A stretch of 64,000 nt of DNA from an uncultured Acidobacteriota bacterium (GCA_963843755.1 CAWJLS010000001.1:27749-91748), one strand, 5' to 3'. Positions 9,727 to 20,276 are shown, counted from the stretch's first letter. Notes: generated by a model not told the origin, from the letters alone. Numbers and translations are program-made.

Positions 9727-11436
9727 ATGACACCGAATCGACGCACTCTGCTCCCACGCCCGCTGCCGCGCGGCCGCGCGCTCCGCGCCGCCGCCGTCCT
9801 GGCCGTCGGGCTTCTGGGCCTGTTGTCGCTCGCGGGACCGGCCCCCGCGACCGACGTTCAGCTCTCGCCGACCGCGCTGGACTCCCTGCCGGACCCGAAC
9901 GTGACGGTCGACGACCAGGGGATCCACCTCACCCTCGACGACGCGGTGACCATCGCCTTGCGCCGTAACCTGGGGCTGGTGATCGAGCGCTACAACTGGA
10001 TTCAGCGCCGCCACGGCGTGCTCCAGAGCCTCGGCATCTACGACCTGGCGCTGAGCGGCGGTGCCCAGTACCGCGACACGACGTCGCCGACGGTGGCGGC
10101 CTACGAGGACACGCCGGTCACCCAGGAGACGGCGCAGAGCTATCAGCTCGGCCTCTCCCAGCTCCTCCCGACCGGCGGCGTCGCCGAGCTGACCACCTCG
10201 GCGTTCACCCTCGACACCAACCGGGCCGTGGTCCTGAACCCGCTCTACCAGGCGACCTCCGACCTCACCCTCACCCAGCCGCTGCTGCGCAATTTCGGCC
10301 GCCAGGCGACCGAGCGGAACATCCTGGTGGCGCGCGCCCAGGCCTCCCAGTCCCGGGAGACGGTCGAGCAGGAGGTCTCGAAGACGATCCAGGACGTCGA
10401 GTCCGCCTACTGGAACCTCGTCGATGCACGCAATCAGCTCGGTGTCGCCCAGGAGGCGCTCGACCTCGCCAAGACGCTCCACGAGCAGAACAAGGTACGG
10501 GTCGACGTCGGCACCCTGGCGCCCCTCGAGCTGGTCCAGAGCGAGGCGGGCATCGCCAGCCGGGAAGAGGACATCATCCGCGCCGAGGCCGCGATCGGCG
10601 ATGCCGCCGACCAGCTCCGCCAGCTCCTCAACCTGGACCAGGGACGGCTCTGGGAGGTTCCGATCGTGCCGGAGACCGACCCGGCCGCCGAGAAGATCGA
10701 CATCGACGTCGACGATGCGATCCAGACGGCGCTCGATCAGCGGCCGGAGATCTCGGCCGAGCTCGACCGTCTCCAGGTGCTCCAGATCGACAAGAAGTAC
10801 TTCCGCAACCAGGTCCTGCCGCAGCTCGACCTGGTGCTGAACTACAACCTGTCCGGCCTGTCCGGCGACATCCCGGCGGGCATCGACCCGACCACCGGCG
10901 CGCCGATCTCGGCCACGTCCGGCAGCTACGGCGACGCCTACACCCAGGTAGCCAACCGCGACTTCGAGGAGTGGCGGGTCCAGCTCCAGGTGACCTACCC
11001 GCTCCAGAACCGCGAGCGCCGCGAGCAGAGGCAGATCGCCGAGCTGGCGGTGGAGCAGGAGATGGCCGTGCTCCAGGACCTGCGGACCCAGATCGTCACC
11101 CAGGTGCGGACGGCCGCCCGCGCGGTGGAGACGGCGGCCAAGCAGATCGACTCCGCCAAGGTGTCGCGCCAGTTGGAGGAGAAGAACCTGGACGCCGAGC
11201 GCAAGCGCTACGAGAACGGCATGTCGTCGAGCTTCCGGGTGCTCCAGATCCAGGAAGACCTGACCCAGGCCCGCAGCCGCGAGGTCACAGCGGTGACCAC
11301 CTACCGGACCGCCCTGGCGAGCTACTACAACGCCATCGGCCGCCTGCTCGAGCAGAAGGGCGTGGAGCTCGACGAGGGCTCCTTCCCCAAGGGCAGCCGG
11401 TTCGGGCTGAACGCAATGTTCCACCGCGGGGAATAG
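9727..11436 (+). CDS. TolC-family outer membrane efflux protein
   Basis: Signal peptide, LTLDDAVTIALRRN, two OEP repeats (AYWNLV, RYENGMSS); ATG 9727. Confidence 0.9.
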   Translation: MTPNRRTLLPRPLPRGRALRAAAVLAVGLLGLLSLAGPAPATDVQLSPTALDSLPDPNVTVDDQGIHLTLDDAVTIALRRNLGLVIERYNWIQRRHGVLQSLGIYDLALSGGAQYRDTTSPTVAAYEDTPVTQETAQSYQLGLSQLLPTGGVAELTTSAFTLDTNRAVVLNPLYQATSDLTLTQPLLRNFGRQATERNILVARAQASQSRETVEQEVSKTIQDVESAYWNLVDARNQLGVAQEALDLAKTLHEQNKVRVDVGTLAPLELVQSEAGIASREEDIIRAEAAIGDAADQLRQLLNLDQGRLWEVPIVPETDPAAEKIDIDVDDAIQTALDQRPEISAELDRLQVLQIDKKYFRNQVLPQLDLVLNYNLSGLSGDIPAGIDPTTGAPISATSGSYGDAYTQVANRDFEEWRVQLQVTYPLQNRERREQRQIAELAVEQEMAVLQDLRTQIVTQVRTAARAVETAAKQIDSAKVSRQLEEKNLDAERKRYENGMSSSFRVLQIQEDLTQARSREVTAVTTYRTALASYYNAIGRLLEQKGVELDEGSFPKGSRFGLNAMFHRGE

Positions 11437-11467
11437 TCCGCGACGCCACCCAGTACCGGAAGGCATC

Positions 11468-12178
11468 ATGAGCTCATTCCAGCGCGTCATCTCGGTTCTC
11501 TTCCAGCCGACCAAGACCTTCCAGGAGCTCCGGGAGCGGCCCACGTGGGTCGCCCCGCTCCTGCTCCTCCTCCTGTGCAGCGGTGTGGCCGGCTGGGTCG
11601 CCGTTCACCACGTCGACCCCGACGCCCAGCGCCAGATGATCCGCAAGACGCTCGAGGATCGCGGCATGACTGGTGAGGACCTCGACCAGGGGGTGGAGCG
11701 GGGCGCGGCGTTCTACGAGAAGCTCCGTCCCTTCCTGCCGGTGATCGGCCTGGTCGGCGCCGTCGCGGTGTACCTCCTCGTGGCGCTGCTCTTCTGGGGC
11801 CTGTTCAACCTGGCCGGGGGCGAGAGCACGTTCCCGAGGGCGTTCTCGACCAACCTCCACGGCCTGATACCCCAGGCGCTCAAGGCGCTGGTGATGATCC
11901 CGATCATCCTCAGCAAGGGCGTTATCGACCCGAAGGCGCTCCAGTCGGGATCGCTCCTGGTCTCGAACCTGGCCTCCTTCGCCCCGGACGACGCGGCCCT
12001 CTGGGTCCGCACGCTGCTCTCGAGCGTCGACTTCTTCACCCTCTGGAGCCTCGTGCTCCTGGTGCTCGGGTTCAGCGTCACGACCAAGGTCAAGCGCGGC
12101 ACGTCGACGGCCGTCATCGTCGGCTGCTGGCTGGTGTGGGTCGCCGTGCACACCGGCTGGGCCGTATTCACCGGCTAG
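11468..12178 (+). CDS. Yip1-family membrane protein
   Basis: QPTKTFQELRERPTWVAP N-terminus and five hydrophobic segments; within efflux operon. Confidence 0.75.
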   Translation: MSSFQRVISVLFQPTKTFQELRERPTWVAPLLLLLLCSGVAGWVAVHHVDPDAQRQMIRKTLEDRGMTGEDLDQGVERGAAFYEKLRPFLPVIGLVGAVAVYLLVALLFWGLFNLAGGESTFPRAFSTNLHGLIPQALKALVMIPIILSKGVIDPKALQSGSLLVSNLASFAPDDAALWVRTLLSSVDFFTLWSLVLLVLGFSVTTKVKRGTSTAVIVGCWLVWVAVHTGWAVFTG

Positions 12179-12236
12179 AGAGCCGACGAACGATGAAGCG
12201 AACCACGAAGCGAACGACGAGACGAGGGGCGGAGAG

Positions 12237-13550
12237 GTGAAGAGAGCACTCATCGGGCTGGTGGTCGTCGCCGGCCTCGGACTGATCGTCTGGTCGAGCC
12301 TGCGCGGGGACAAGAAGGGCCGCGGCGAGGCGGTCTACACCCAGGCCGCCAGCCAACGGTCGATCACCCGGACGGTCACGGCCAGCGGCGCGATCGACGC
12401 GCGAGTGACCGTCGACCTGTCGGCCCACGTGGTCGCCAAGGTCGAGACCCTCTACGTCAAGGAGGGGCAGGAGGTCAAAGCGGGCCAGCCGATCCTCGAG
12501 CTGGAGAAGGACGTCTTCACCGCCGCGGTGGAGAGCTGGCGGGCCCAGCTACGCCAAGCCCAGTCGGCCGCCAAGCAGGCCGAGGTCGAGCTGGCCGACG
12601 CCAAGACCCGCATGAAGCGCATGGACCGGCTGACCGACCAGGGGATCGTGGCCACCGAGGACGTGGACTCCGCCCGTCTCAAGGAGGAGTCGGCCCGCCT
12701 CCAGCTCGACCAGGCCAAGGACCAGGTGCAGTACACCCAGGCCAACCTGACCAAGGCCCTCGACGACCTGAGCAAGACCACTATCTACTCGCCGATCGAC
12801 GGGCGGGTCGTCTCGCTCAACGCCGAGCCGGGCGAGGTCGTCGTCTCCGGCCTGATGAACAACCCGGCGACCAAGATCGCCACCATCGCCGACCTCTCCG
12901 AGCTGCTCGCCGAGCTCGACGTCGACGAGAACGAGATCGTCGCGGTCCAGCTCGGCCAGCCGGTCTCGGTCAAGGTCGACGCGGTCGCCGACCGCGAGCT
13001 CCACGGCAAGGTCGTCGAGGTCGGCAGCTCGGGCTCCACCCGGCCGGGCCAGGGCGACGTCACGTTCTTCGAGGTCGACGTGCTGCTCGACAAGCCCGAC
13101 CCGGACTTGCGCCCCGGCATGTCGGTGCGGGCGAACATCGAGGTGGCGACCCACGACGACGCCGTGGTGGTGCCGATCGAGTCGGTGGTGGAGCGGGATC
13201 CGAAGGCGGCGGACGACGGTGGAACGGATGCCGGGAAGGACGCGGGCCAGGACGCGGGCCCGAACGCGGGCAAAGCCGAGACCGTAGGAACATCGGGCGC
13301 CGACGACCACGCCGCCGCTGACTCGAGCGGCGGCAAGACCGAGCCGGTCGAGGTGGTCTACGTGGTCGAAGACGGCGTCGCCCACCGGCGCGCGGTGAAG
13401 ACCGGCATCTCGACCGTCACCGACGTCGAAATCGTCTCCGGGCTCGACGCCGGCGAGACGGTGATCACCGGACCGTTCCGAACCCTCCGCGATCTCAAAG
13501 ACGGCGACCCGGTCCACATCGAGAAAGAGAAAGAGGAAGAGAAGGAATGA
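12237..13550 (+). CDS. Efflux periplasmic adaptor (MacA/HlyD-like)
   Basis: N-terminal TM, lipoyl halves ([11 protein letters not shown]; [10 protein letters not shown]), [15 protein letters not shown]. Confidence 0.92.
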   Translation: MKRALIGLVVVAGLGLIVWSSLRGDKKGRGEAVYTQAASQRSITRTVTASGAIDARVTVDLSAHVVAKVETLYVKEGQEVKAGQPILELEKDVFTAAVESWRAQLRQAQSAAKQAEVELADAKTRMKRMDRLTDQGIVATEDVDSARLKEESARLQLDQAKDQVQYTQANLTKALDDLSKTTIYSPIDGRVVSLNAEPGEVVVSGLMNNPATKIATIADLSELLAELDVDENEIVAVQLGQPVSVKVDAVADRELHGKVVEVGSSGSTRPGQGDVTFFEVDVLLDKPDPDLRPGMSVRANIEVATHDDAVVVPIESVVERDPKAADDGGTDAGKDAGQDAGPNAGKAETVGTSGADDHAAADSSGGKTEPVEVVYVVEDGVAHRRAVKTGISTVTDVEIVSGLDAGETVITGPFRTLRDLKDGDPVHIEKEKEEEKE

Positions 13551-14257
13551 GCCTGATCGAGCTCGAAGACGTCCACCGGGTCTACACCATGGGGACCGAG
13601 GAGGTCCGCGCCCTCGACGGCGTCGACATGACGGTCGAGGAAGGGGAGTACCTGGCGATCATGGGGGCCTCCGGCAGCGGCAAGTCGACCCTGATGAACC
13701 TGCTCGGCTGTCTCGACACGCCGAGCACCGGCCGCTACGTCCTCCGGGGGACCGCGGTGGAGACGCTCGACGACAGCGAGCTGGCGGCGATCCGCAACCG
13801 GGAGATCGGCTTCGTCTTCCAGACCTTCAACCTGCTCGCCCGCACCTCGGCGCTCCACAACGTCGAGCTGCCGCTGGTCTACGCCGGCGTGGCGCGCAAG
13901 GAGCGCCGGCGCCAGGCGCTCGAGGCGTTGGAGAAGGTTGGCCTGGCCGAGCGCGTCGACCACCAGCCGAACGAGCTCTCCGGCGGCCAGCGCCAGCGGG
14001 TGGCGATCGCCCGCGCCCTGGTCAACCGGCCGTCGATCCTGCTGGCCGACGAACCGACCGGCAACCTGGACAGCGCCACCTCGGTCGAGATCATGGATCT
14101 TTTCGACCGGCTCCACGAGACGGGGAACACGGTGATCCTGGTGACCCACGAGCCCGACATCGCCGCCCACGCCGACCGCCAGGTGACGCTGCGCGACGGC
14201 AAGATCCTGTCCGACACGACCAGCGCTCGTCACCGCGGCGCCCCGGTCGGGGCGTGA
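13547..14257 (+). CDS. MacB/LolD-type ABC ATPase
   Basis: [48 protein letters not shown]. Confidence 0.94.
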   Translation: MSLIELEDVHRVYTMGTEEVRALDGVDMTVEEGEYLAIMGASGSGKSTLMNLLGCLDTPSTGRYVLRGTAVETLDDSELAAIRNREIGFVFQTFNLLARTSALHNVELPLVYAGVARKERRRQALEALEKVGLAERVDHQPNELSGGQRQRVAIARALVNRPSILLADEPTGNLDSATSVEIMDLFDRLHETGNTVILVTHEPDIAAHADRQVTLRDGKILSDTTSARHRGAPVGA

Positions 14258-14281
14258 CGGCGGAGCGCCGGAGCCGCTGAC

Positions 14282-15505
14282 GTGGTCATCGTCGAAAATG
14301 TCCGGATCGCCCTCGGGGCGCTCAGGGTCAACACCCTGCGCTCGATCCTCACCACCCTGGGGATCATCATCGGCGTCGCCGCGGTGGTCGCGGTGGTGTC
14401 GATCGTCCAGGGCCTGCAGTACATGATCACCAACCAGCTCGAAGGGGTCGGCGCGAGCTACGTCCGGGTCCTTCCCCGGGTGCAGTTCACCCGGCCGGGC
14501 CAGATCACCAAGCCGGTCGAGCTGACCTGGGACGACGGTCAGGCGCTCCAGCGCGAGGTGCCCGAGATCAAGGAGATCACGCCGCTGATCTTCGGCGGCG
14601 CCGTGGTCAAGTATCGGGACCGCTCCTACCGTCCGTTCGCCGTCCTCGGCGCCAACACCGCCTTTCAGGAGATGTCGCAGCAGTTCGTCGAGCGTGGCCG
14701 CTTCATCAGCGCCATCGATCTCGAGAGCCGGCGCAAGGTCGCCGTCGTCGGACAGACGGTGATCGACGAGCTCGAGATCGGCGGCGACCCGATCGGGCGC
14801 GAGATCTACGTCGGCCGGGTGCCGATGACGATCATCGGCGTGCTGGAGGAGAAGGGGCGGAACCTGGGCTTCGACCAGGACGACCAGGTGCAGGTGCCGT
14901 TCGACACCGCGCTGTCGCTCTTCGGACGCGAAGCGGGCAAGCAGGTGCAGCTCCACATGCAACTCGCCTCCACCGAGGACATGGACCGAACCAAGGACCG
15001 GATCGGGCGCGTGCTCCGGCGCCGCCACGAGCTCACCAAGGACCAGCCGGACGACTTCCTCATCCAGACCCAGGACGAGATCCTGGACAGCACCAACGCG
15101 ATCCTGCGCGGCGTCACCGGCGTGGTCGCCGGCATCGTCGGCATCGCCCTCCTGGTGGGCGGCATCGGCATCGCCAACATCATGCTGGTGTCGGTGACCG
15201 AGCGCACCCGCGAGATCGGCCTGCGCAAGGCGGTCGGCGCCAGGAAACGCGACGTGCTGGTGCAGTTCCTGATCGAGGCGATCACCCTGGCGCTCGCCGG
15301 CGGCGCGATCGGCATCGTCCTCGGCTACGGCCTGGGGGCGGTGGCCGTCCGCCTGATTCCGGGCGACCTGCCCCCGGCCCACGTGCCGCTCTGGGCGATC
15401 CTCCTGGCCGCGGGCTTCTCGGCCCTGGTCGGCATCGTCTTCGGTCTCTACCCGGCGGCCAAGGCCGCGGCCCTCGATCCGATCGAAGCGCTGCGCTACG
15501 AATAG
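14282..15505 (+). CDS. MacB/FtsX-type ABC permease
   Basis: RSILTTLGIIIGVAAV, VGGIGIANIMLVSVTERTREIG, LDPIEALRYE. Confidence 0.94.
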   Translation: MVIVENVRIALGALRVNTLRSILTTLGIIIGVAAVVAVVSIVQGLQYMITNQLEGVGASYVRVLPRVQFTRPGQITKPVELTWDDGQALQREVPEIKEITPLIFGGAVVKYRDRSYRPFAVLGANTAFQEMSQQFVERGRFISAIDLESRRKVAVVGQTVIDELEIGGDPIGREIYVGRVPMTIIGVLEEKGRNLGFDQDDQVQVPFDTALSLFGREAGKQVQLHMQLASTEDMDRTKDRIGRVLRRRHELTKDQPDDFLIQTQDEILDSTNAILRGVTGVVAGIVGIALLVGGIGIANIMLVSVTERTREIGLRKAVGARKRDVLVQFLIEAITLALAGGAIGIVLGYGLGAVAVRLIPGDLPPAHVPLWAILLAAGFSALVGIVFGLYPAAKAAALDPIEALRYE

Positions 15506-15516
15506 CCGCCCGACCG

Positions 15517-15545
15517 TTGCGCCGGGCGGCGCGGCGGCATACCAT
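15517..15545 (+). promoter_or_regulatory. Sigma70-type promoter for tRNA-Leu
   Basis: TTGCGC-N17-TACCAT, 9 nt before the tRNA 5' end. Confidence 0.55.
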
Positions 15546-15554
15546 CGTCCGGCT

Positions 15555-15640
15555 GCCGGAGTGGCGGAATGGGAGACGCAGGGGACTCAAAATCCCCCGG
15601 GGGCAACCCCGTGTGGGTTCGAATCCCACCTCCGGCACCA
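15555..15640 (+). tRNA. tRNA-Leu (anticodon CAA)
   Basis: Acceptor stem GCCGGAG/CTCCGGC, anticodon arm GGGGA-CTCAAAA-TCCCC, long variable arm, GGTTCGAATCC T-loop, encoded CCA. Confidence 0.97.
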
Positions 15641-15763
15641 CCCTCTCCCCGGTCACAGTCCCCGGTCACAATCCAGGTGCCGGGACCCCGCCGAGACGGC
15701 CTCGCCACAGCCGCCTCGACCCGTCGGAGCTCGCCCGTCACACGCCGGAAAGCCCCGTCCTCA

Positions 15764-15792
15764 TTGACTTTCGAGCACGGATCGTGTATAAG
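15764..15792 (+). promoter_or_regulatory. Near-consensus sigma70 promoter for carD
   Basis: TTGACT-N17-TATAAG in an AT-rich patch. Confidence 0.75.
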
Positions 15793-15879
15793 TAATACGG
15801 TGAGCCCAGGTATGACCCTGCTCCATCTCACCTTCATCCATTCATCGGCAATTCGAATCAAGGCAAGGGAGTCGGCAAC

Positions 15880-16401
15880 GTGTCATTCGATGTAGGCCAG
15901 AAGGTCGTGTATCCAAACCACGGCGTGAGCGTGATCGAGAAGATCGAAGAGGGGGAGATCGACGGCCACGAACAGACCTACTACCACCTCCGTCTGCTGT
16001 CCAACAACTCCAAGGTGATGATCCCGGCGGGCAACCTCGACCTCGTCGGCCTGCGCCCTCTGTGCTCCGAGAAAGCGGTCGACGCCCTCGTCGATCTGCT
16101 CGAAGACGGCAACGTCGACACCTACAAGGACTGGAAGGGCCGCTACAAGCAGAACCTGGACAAGATGAAGACGGGGGACCTGACCGAGGTCGCCAAGGTG
16201 CTCAAGAACCTCCGTCTCGTGAGCGAGAAGAAGAGCCTGTCGTTCCGGGAGAAGAAGATGTACGAGCGCGCCAAGTACTTCATCGTCAGCGAGATCGCCC
16301 ACGTCAAGGACATCCGCGAGAGCAAGGCGGAGGACCTGGTCGAGGACGCCCTCGACGCAAGCATCGAGAAGGTCCAGAAGGCCAAGGCGAAGGCGAGCTG
16401 A
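15880..16401 (+). CDS. carD: CarD/CdnL-family RNA polymerase-binding regulator
   Basis: FDVGQKVVYPNHGV, KVMIP...GLRPL, WKGRYKQNLDKMKTGD..EVAKV. Confidence 0.93.
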   Translation: MSFDVGQKVVYPNHGVSVIEKIEEGEIDGHEQTYYHLRLLSNNSKVMIPAGNLDLVGLRPLCSEKAVDALVDLLEDGNVDTYKDWKGRYKQNLDKMKTGDLTEVAKVLKNLRLVSEKKSLSFREKKMYERAKYFIVSEIAHVKDIRESKAEDLVEDALDASIEKVQKAKAKAS

Positions 16402-16443
16402 CCGCCCACGCTCTCCCGCACGCCCTGAGGACGCACGACTCCG

Positions 16444-16476
16444 AGGCCGCCCGCGCGATGCGGGCGGCCTTTCTTC
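16444..16476 (+). terminator. Intrinsic terminator after carD
   Basis: 11-bp stem AGGCCGCCCGC/GCGGGCGGCCT, 5-nt loop, followed by TTCTTC. Confidence 0.8.
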
Positions 16477-16481
16477 GTGGC

Positions 16482-16490
16482 TGCTAGAAT
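16482..16490 (+). promoter_or_regulatory. Extended -10 promoter for the TPR-priA block
   Basis: TG-C-TAGAAT directly after the carD terminator. Confidence 0.6.
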
Positions 16491-16606
16491 CACCCGCGGG
16501 TCGTCCGTCCGGCCAGCCCGGTCCGGGAGCCCCGAGGCAGTTCTTCGAAGACCATCACCGCAGCCAAAGATTCGACAGAGTTGGTAACGCCAGGGGGAGG
16601 CGCGAG

Positions 16607-17203
16607 TTGACCCGAGACAATGTCCTGTTCATTCTGATCGGCCTGCTGGCCGGGTTCATCGGTGGGTACCTCATGCACGAAGTGATGGCGGATCGCCAGC
16701 CCGCCCGCCTGGTCCACGGCGCGGGTGCCGCCGCGGCGACCGCGGGAGCCGCCGACGCCCAGGGCCAGCAGGCGGCCCAGGATCGGGCCCAGGAGATGCT
16801 CCAGCTCCAGAACTTCGTCCAGGCCAATCCGGACAACTCCGAGGCCGCCCTGCGCCTCGCCCACCTGGCCTACGACTCTCAAGCCTGGACGCTGTGCGTG
16901 AGCTCCTTCGAGCACTACCTCACTCTGGCCGAGGCGGACCCCGGGGTCCTGTCCGACCTGGGCGTCTGCTACCGCGAGGTCGGAAATACACAGAAGGCGC
17001 TCGACACGCTGGCCCAGGCCCAGAAGATCCAGCCCGACCACTGGCAGTCGCGCTACAACGAGGTGGTGATCCTCGCCTTCGACCTGGGCGACTTCGAGCG
17101 GGCCGACAAGGTGCTGGCCGAGCTGCGCAAGCTGCAACCCGACAACCCGGACGTCGACAAGCTCGCCGCAGAGGTCGCCCGCCGCGAGCAGGCCGCCTCC
17201 TAG
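16607..17203 (+). CDS. Membrane-anchored tetratricopeptide-repeat protein
   Basis: N-terminal TM helix; TPR patterns (ANPDNSEA, LSDLGVCYREVG..KAL, PDHWQSRYN). Confidence 0.8.
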   Translation: MTRDNVLFILIGLLAGFIGGYLMHEVMADRQPARLVHGAGAAAATAGAADAQGQQAAQDRAQEMLQLQNFVQANPDNSEAALRLAHLAYDSQAWTLCVSSFEHYLTLAEADPGVLSDLGVCYREVGNTQKALDTLAQAQKIQPDHWQSRYNEVVILAFDLGDFERADKVLAELRKLQPDNPDVDKLAAEVARREQAAS

Positions 17204-17252
17204 AGCGCGCAACGCCGGGAGCGTTCCCGCGCTCCCGGAAGCCCCCCCTCCG

Positions 17253-17627
17253 ATGCTCCGCCTGCTCGCCATCGTCGCCCTGGCGATCTTCTTCTGGCTG
17301 GTGCTGGACTGGCTGTTCACCCAGGTGAGGAGGGCCCTGGGGATCGCGCCTGCCGACCGCCGGGGCGCTCCGGGAGGCCGAGGCGCGCGGACGGGACACC
17401 GCGCCGGGGCCGCCGGAGCCCACCGTTCGAGCCCGAAAGGCGTGGCGGAAGCGCTCGTCCGGTGTCCGGCCTGCGGCACCTACGTGCCCACCTCGCGAAC
17501 GCTGCCGGTGGGCCGCTCCGGCGGAGTCGTCGCCTGCTCGGAGGAGTGCCGGGAACGGCTCCGGCAGGAGACGAAGGCCGGGGGCGATGCCGGAGCCGAT
17601 GCCGGGGTTGGGGCGGGACGCGCCTGA
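17253..17627 (+). CDS. Small membrane-anchored Cys-motif (putative zinc-binding, PP0621-like) protein
   Basis: N-terminal hydrophobic helix; CPACGTYVP...ACSEEC; TGA overlaps priA ATG. Confidence 0.65.
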   Translation: MLRLLAIVALAIFFWLVLDWLFTQVRRALGIAPADRRGAPGGRGARTGHRAGAAGAHRSSPKGVAEALVRCPACGTYVPTSRTLPVGRSGGVVACSEECRERLRQETKAGGDAGADAGVGAGRA

Positions 17628-20245
17628 TGGCGGACGATCCGGCCCGCGACGCCACCTCCAGGCCTTCCTCCCCAGCCGAGCCTTCCGCGTCCGCCCCGCC
17701 GGCGGACTCCCCGCGCCTCGCGCAGGTGGCCGTGCCGCTGCCTCTGCCGACCGCCCTGACCTACGTCGTCCCGGACCACCTCGCCCCGCGCGCTCTTCCG
17801 GGAGCCCGCGTGCGGGTGCGGGTAGGCCGCCAGCGCCAGGTGGGGGTGATCGTCGCCCTGACCCGTGAGGTTCCCGCGGGGGTGCCGGCCGGGGTCAAGC
17901 TCCGTCCCCTCGACGAGGTCCTCGACCGCGAGCCGGTGTTCCCCCCCGACCTGCTGGAGCTGGCCGAGTTCATCGCCTCCTACTACCGGGCGCCCCCGGG
18001 CGAGGTGTTCCGCGGCATGCTGCCCGGCGACCTGCCGCCCTGGGGCCACCAGCGCCTGCGCCTGACCTCGGCCGGCGCCATCGCCCCCGGGCGGGACCCG
18101 ATCGAGCGGGCCGTGGTCGAGACTCTCCACCAGGAGGGGAGGATGACCGCGTCCGATCTCGAGGCGCACCTGGCGTCCCCCGCGCGGAGGGAGGCGCTGG
18201 GGCTGGACCTGAGCGGCGGGTTGGCGGGCGCCCTGCCGGAGACCCTCGACCGCATGGCCGCGGCCGGACGGCTGGTGATCGAGAGCCGCCGGCCGCGCAC
18301 CGGCGCCCGCTATCTCACCGCGGTCGAGCTGGGGCGGGTGGGGCAGGGGAGCCTCGAAGAGCTCCTCGAAGCCTGCGGCCGTTCGGCGCCCGGCCGCGAG
18401 GTCGTCGAGCTGCTCGCCGCCCTCGGCCGTCCGGCGACCGTCGGGGAGCTGACCGCCGAGGTCGGCTGCACGCCGGCGGTGGTCCGCCGGCTGGTCAAGC
18501 TGGGCGTGCTCCGGCAGTTCTCCCAGATCGAGCGCCTGTCGCTGGCCCACCAGTCGCTCGGCTGGGGCGGCGACCGGAGCGGGCCCCACGGCACGCGGGG
18601 AGGCGATCCGGCACCGATCGTCCTCCGGGCCGACCAGGCGGCGGCGGTCGAGGCGATCGTCGCCGCGGTCGAGTCGGAGGCGTTCCGCCCGTTCCTGCTC
18701 GTCGGCATGACCGGCTCGGGCAAGACCGAGGTCTACCTACGGGCGGTCGCGGCGACCCTGGAGCGCGGCCGCTCGGCGATCCTCCTGGTGCCCGAGATCG
18801 CCCTGGTACCGGCCCTGGTGCGCGAGGTGGCGGCGCGCTTCGGCCGGCGGGTGGCGATCGTGCACTCCGCCCTCGGAGCCACCGAGCGCCACCAGGAGTG
18901 GGAGCGCATCCGCCGAGGCGAGGCCCGGGTCGTGGTCGGACCCCGCTCGGCGCTGTTCGCGCCGGTCCGGAACCTGGGGCTGCTGGTGGTCGACGAGGAG
19001 CAGGACCCGGCCTACAAGCAGGACTCGACGCCGCGCTACCACGGCCGCGACATCGCCCTGGTCCGTGCCCAGCGCGCCGGCGCCGCGGCGCTCCTGGTGT
19101 CGGCCACGCCGAGCCTGGAGAGCCGGCTCAACAGCGAGCGCGGCAAGCTCTCCCCCCTCCACCTGACCCAGCGGGCGGGGCAGGGGAGGCTGCCCGAGGG
19201 CATCCTGGTCGACCTGCGCGAGGAGGCCACGGCGCCCCGTCGCCCGGGCGAGATCGCCTTCTCCGAGACCCTCCAGGAGGAGATCCGCCGGGCCGCCGCG
19301 GACGGCGACCAGATGATCCTGCTGCGCAACCGCCGCGGCTACGCGCCGGTGCTGCTGTGCCGGGCATGTGGCGAGGACCACCGCTGCGACGCGTGCGGGT
19401 TGCCGCGCACCCTCCACCGGCGCCGCGGCATGCTGATCTGCCACTACTGCGGCTCGGCCACGGCCGTGCCGACGCGCTGCGCGGCGTGCGGCGAGGAGGC
19501 GCTCGAAGCGATCGGAGCCGGCACGGAGCGGGTGGAGGAGACCTTCCGCGAGCTCTTCCCCGACATCCCCGTCGACGTCCTCGACCGCGACACGGTACGG
19601 CGCAAGGGCGGGCCGGCGGCGGTCCTCGCCCGCTTCGCCCGCGGCGAGAGCCAGGCCCTGGTCGGGACCCAGATGGTGTCCAAGGGGCACCACTTCCCGG
19701 GGGTCGCCCTGACCGCGGTGCTCTCGGCCGACACCTATCTCGGCTTCGCCGACTTCCGGGCGGTCGAACGCACCTACACCCTGCTGACCCAGCTCGCCGG
19801 CCGGGCTGGACGCGGTGAGCGCCCCGGACGGGTGGTGATCCAGACCTACCACCCGGACCACTACGCCATCCAGGCGGCGCTGAACAACGACGACCAGCGG
19901 TTCGCCGCCGAGGAGATGCGCTTCCGGCGCGTGTTCCACTACCCGCCGTACACCCGGCTGGTGCAGATCCTGGTGCGCGACGAGGACCGGGAACGGGCCG
20001 AGGCCCAGGCGGAGGAGATCGCCCGCGCCGTCAACCGGGTGCGCAAGCACAACCCCCGGGCCCGGGAAACCCGGGTCGCCGGCCCGGCACCGGCCCCGTT
20101 CGAACGCCTGCGCAACCAGTGGCGTTTCCAGATCCTGCTGCGCCACCCGTCGATCGGCACCCTCCACGAGCTGCTCGACGCCGCTTTGACGGAAAAGCTG
20201 CCCGCCTCGGTGGTGGTCGACGTCGATCCGTACCAGTTGCTCTGA
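17627..20245 (+). CDS. priA: Primosomal protein N' (replication restart helicase)
   Basis: GMTGSGKTEVY, LVPEIAL, DEEQD, YHGRD, SATPSLES, CxxC zinc motifs, QLAGRAGR, VDVDPYQLL; ATG 17627. Confidence 0.97.
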   Translation: MADDPARDATSRPSSPAEPSASAPPADSPRLAQVAVPLPLPTALTYVVPDHLAPRALPGARVRVRVGRQRQVGVIVALTREVPAGVPAGVKLRPLDEVLDREPVFPPDLLELAEFIASYYRAPPGEVFRGMLPGDLPPWGHQRLRLTSAGAIAPGRDPIERAVVETLHQEGRMTASDLEAHLASPARREALGLDLSGGLAGALPETLDRMAAAGRLVIESRRPRTGARYLTAVELGRVGQGSLEELLEACGRSAPGREVVELLAALGRPATVGELTAEVGCTPAVVRRLVKLGVLRQFSQIERLSLAHQSLGWGGDRSGPHGTRGGDPAPIVLRADQAAAVEAIVAAVESEAFRPFLLVGMTGSGKTEVYLRAVAATLERGRSAILLVPEIALVPALVREVAARFGRRVAIVHSALGATERHQEWERIRRGEARVVVGPRSALFAPVRNLGLLVVDEEQDPAYKQDSTPRYHGRDIALVRAQRAGAAALLVSATPSLESRLNSERGKLSPLHLTQRAGQGRLPEGILVDLREEATAPRRPGEIAFSETLQEEIRRAAADGDQMILLRNRRGYAPVLLCRACGEDHRCDACGLPRTLHRRRGMLICHYCGSATAVPTRCAACGEEALEAIGAGTERVEETFRELFPDIPVDVLDRDTVRRKGGPAAVLARFARGESQALVGTQMVSKGHHFPGVALTAVLSADTYLGFADFRAVERTYTLLTQLAGRAGRGERPGRVVIQTYHPDHYAIQAALNNDDQRFAAEEMRFRRVFHYPPYTRLVQILVRDEDRERAEAQAEEIARAVNRVRKHNPRARETRVAGPAPAPFERLRNQWRFQILLRHPSIGTLHELLDAALTEKLPASVVVDVDPYQLL

Positions 20246-20276
20246 GGCACCGGCTCTGCTACGGTCGCCCCTCGTC

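Noticed and set aside
15555-15880. tRNA-Leu as an active island integration site
   Set aside because: No integrase, no duplicated tRNA 3' end seen, and core genes follow directly
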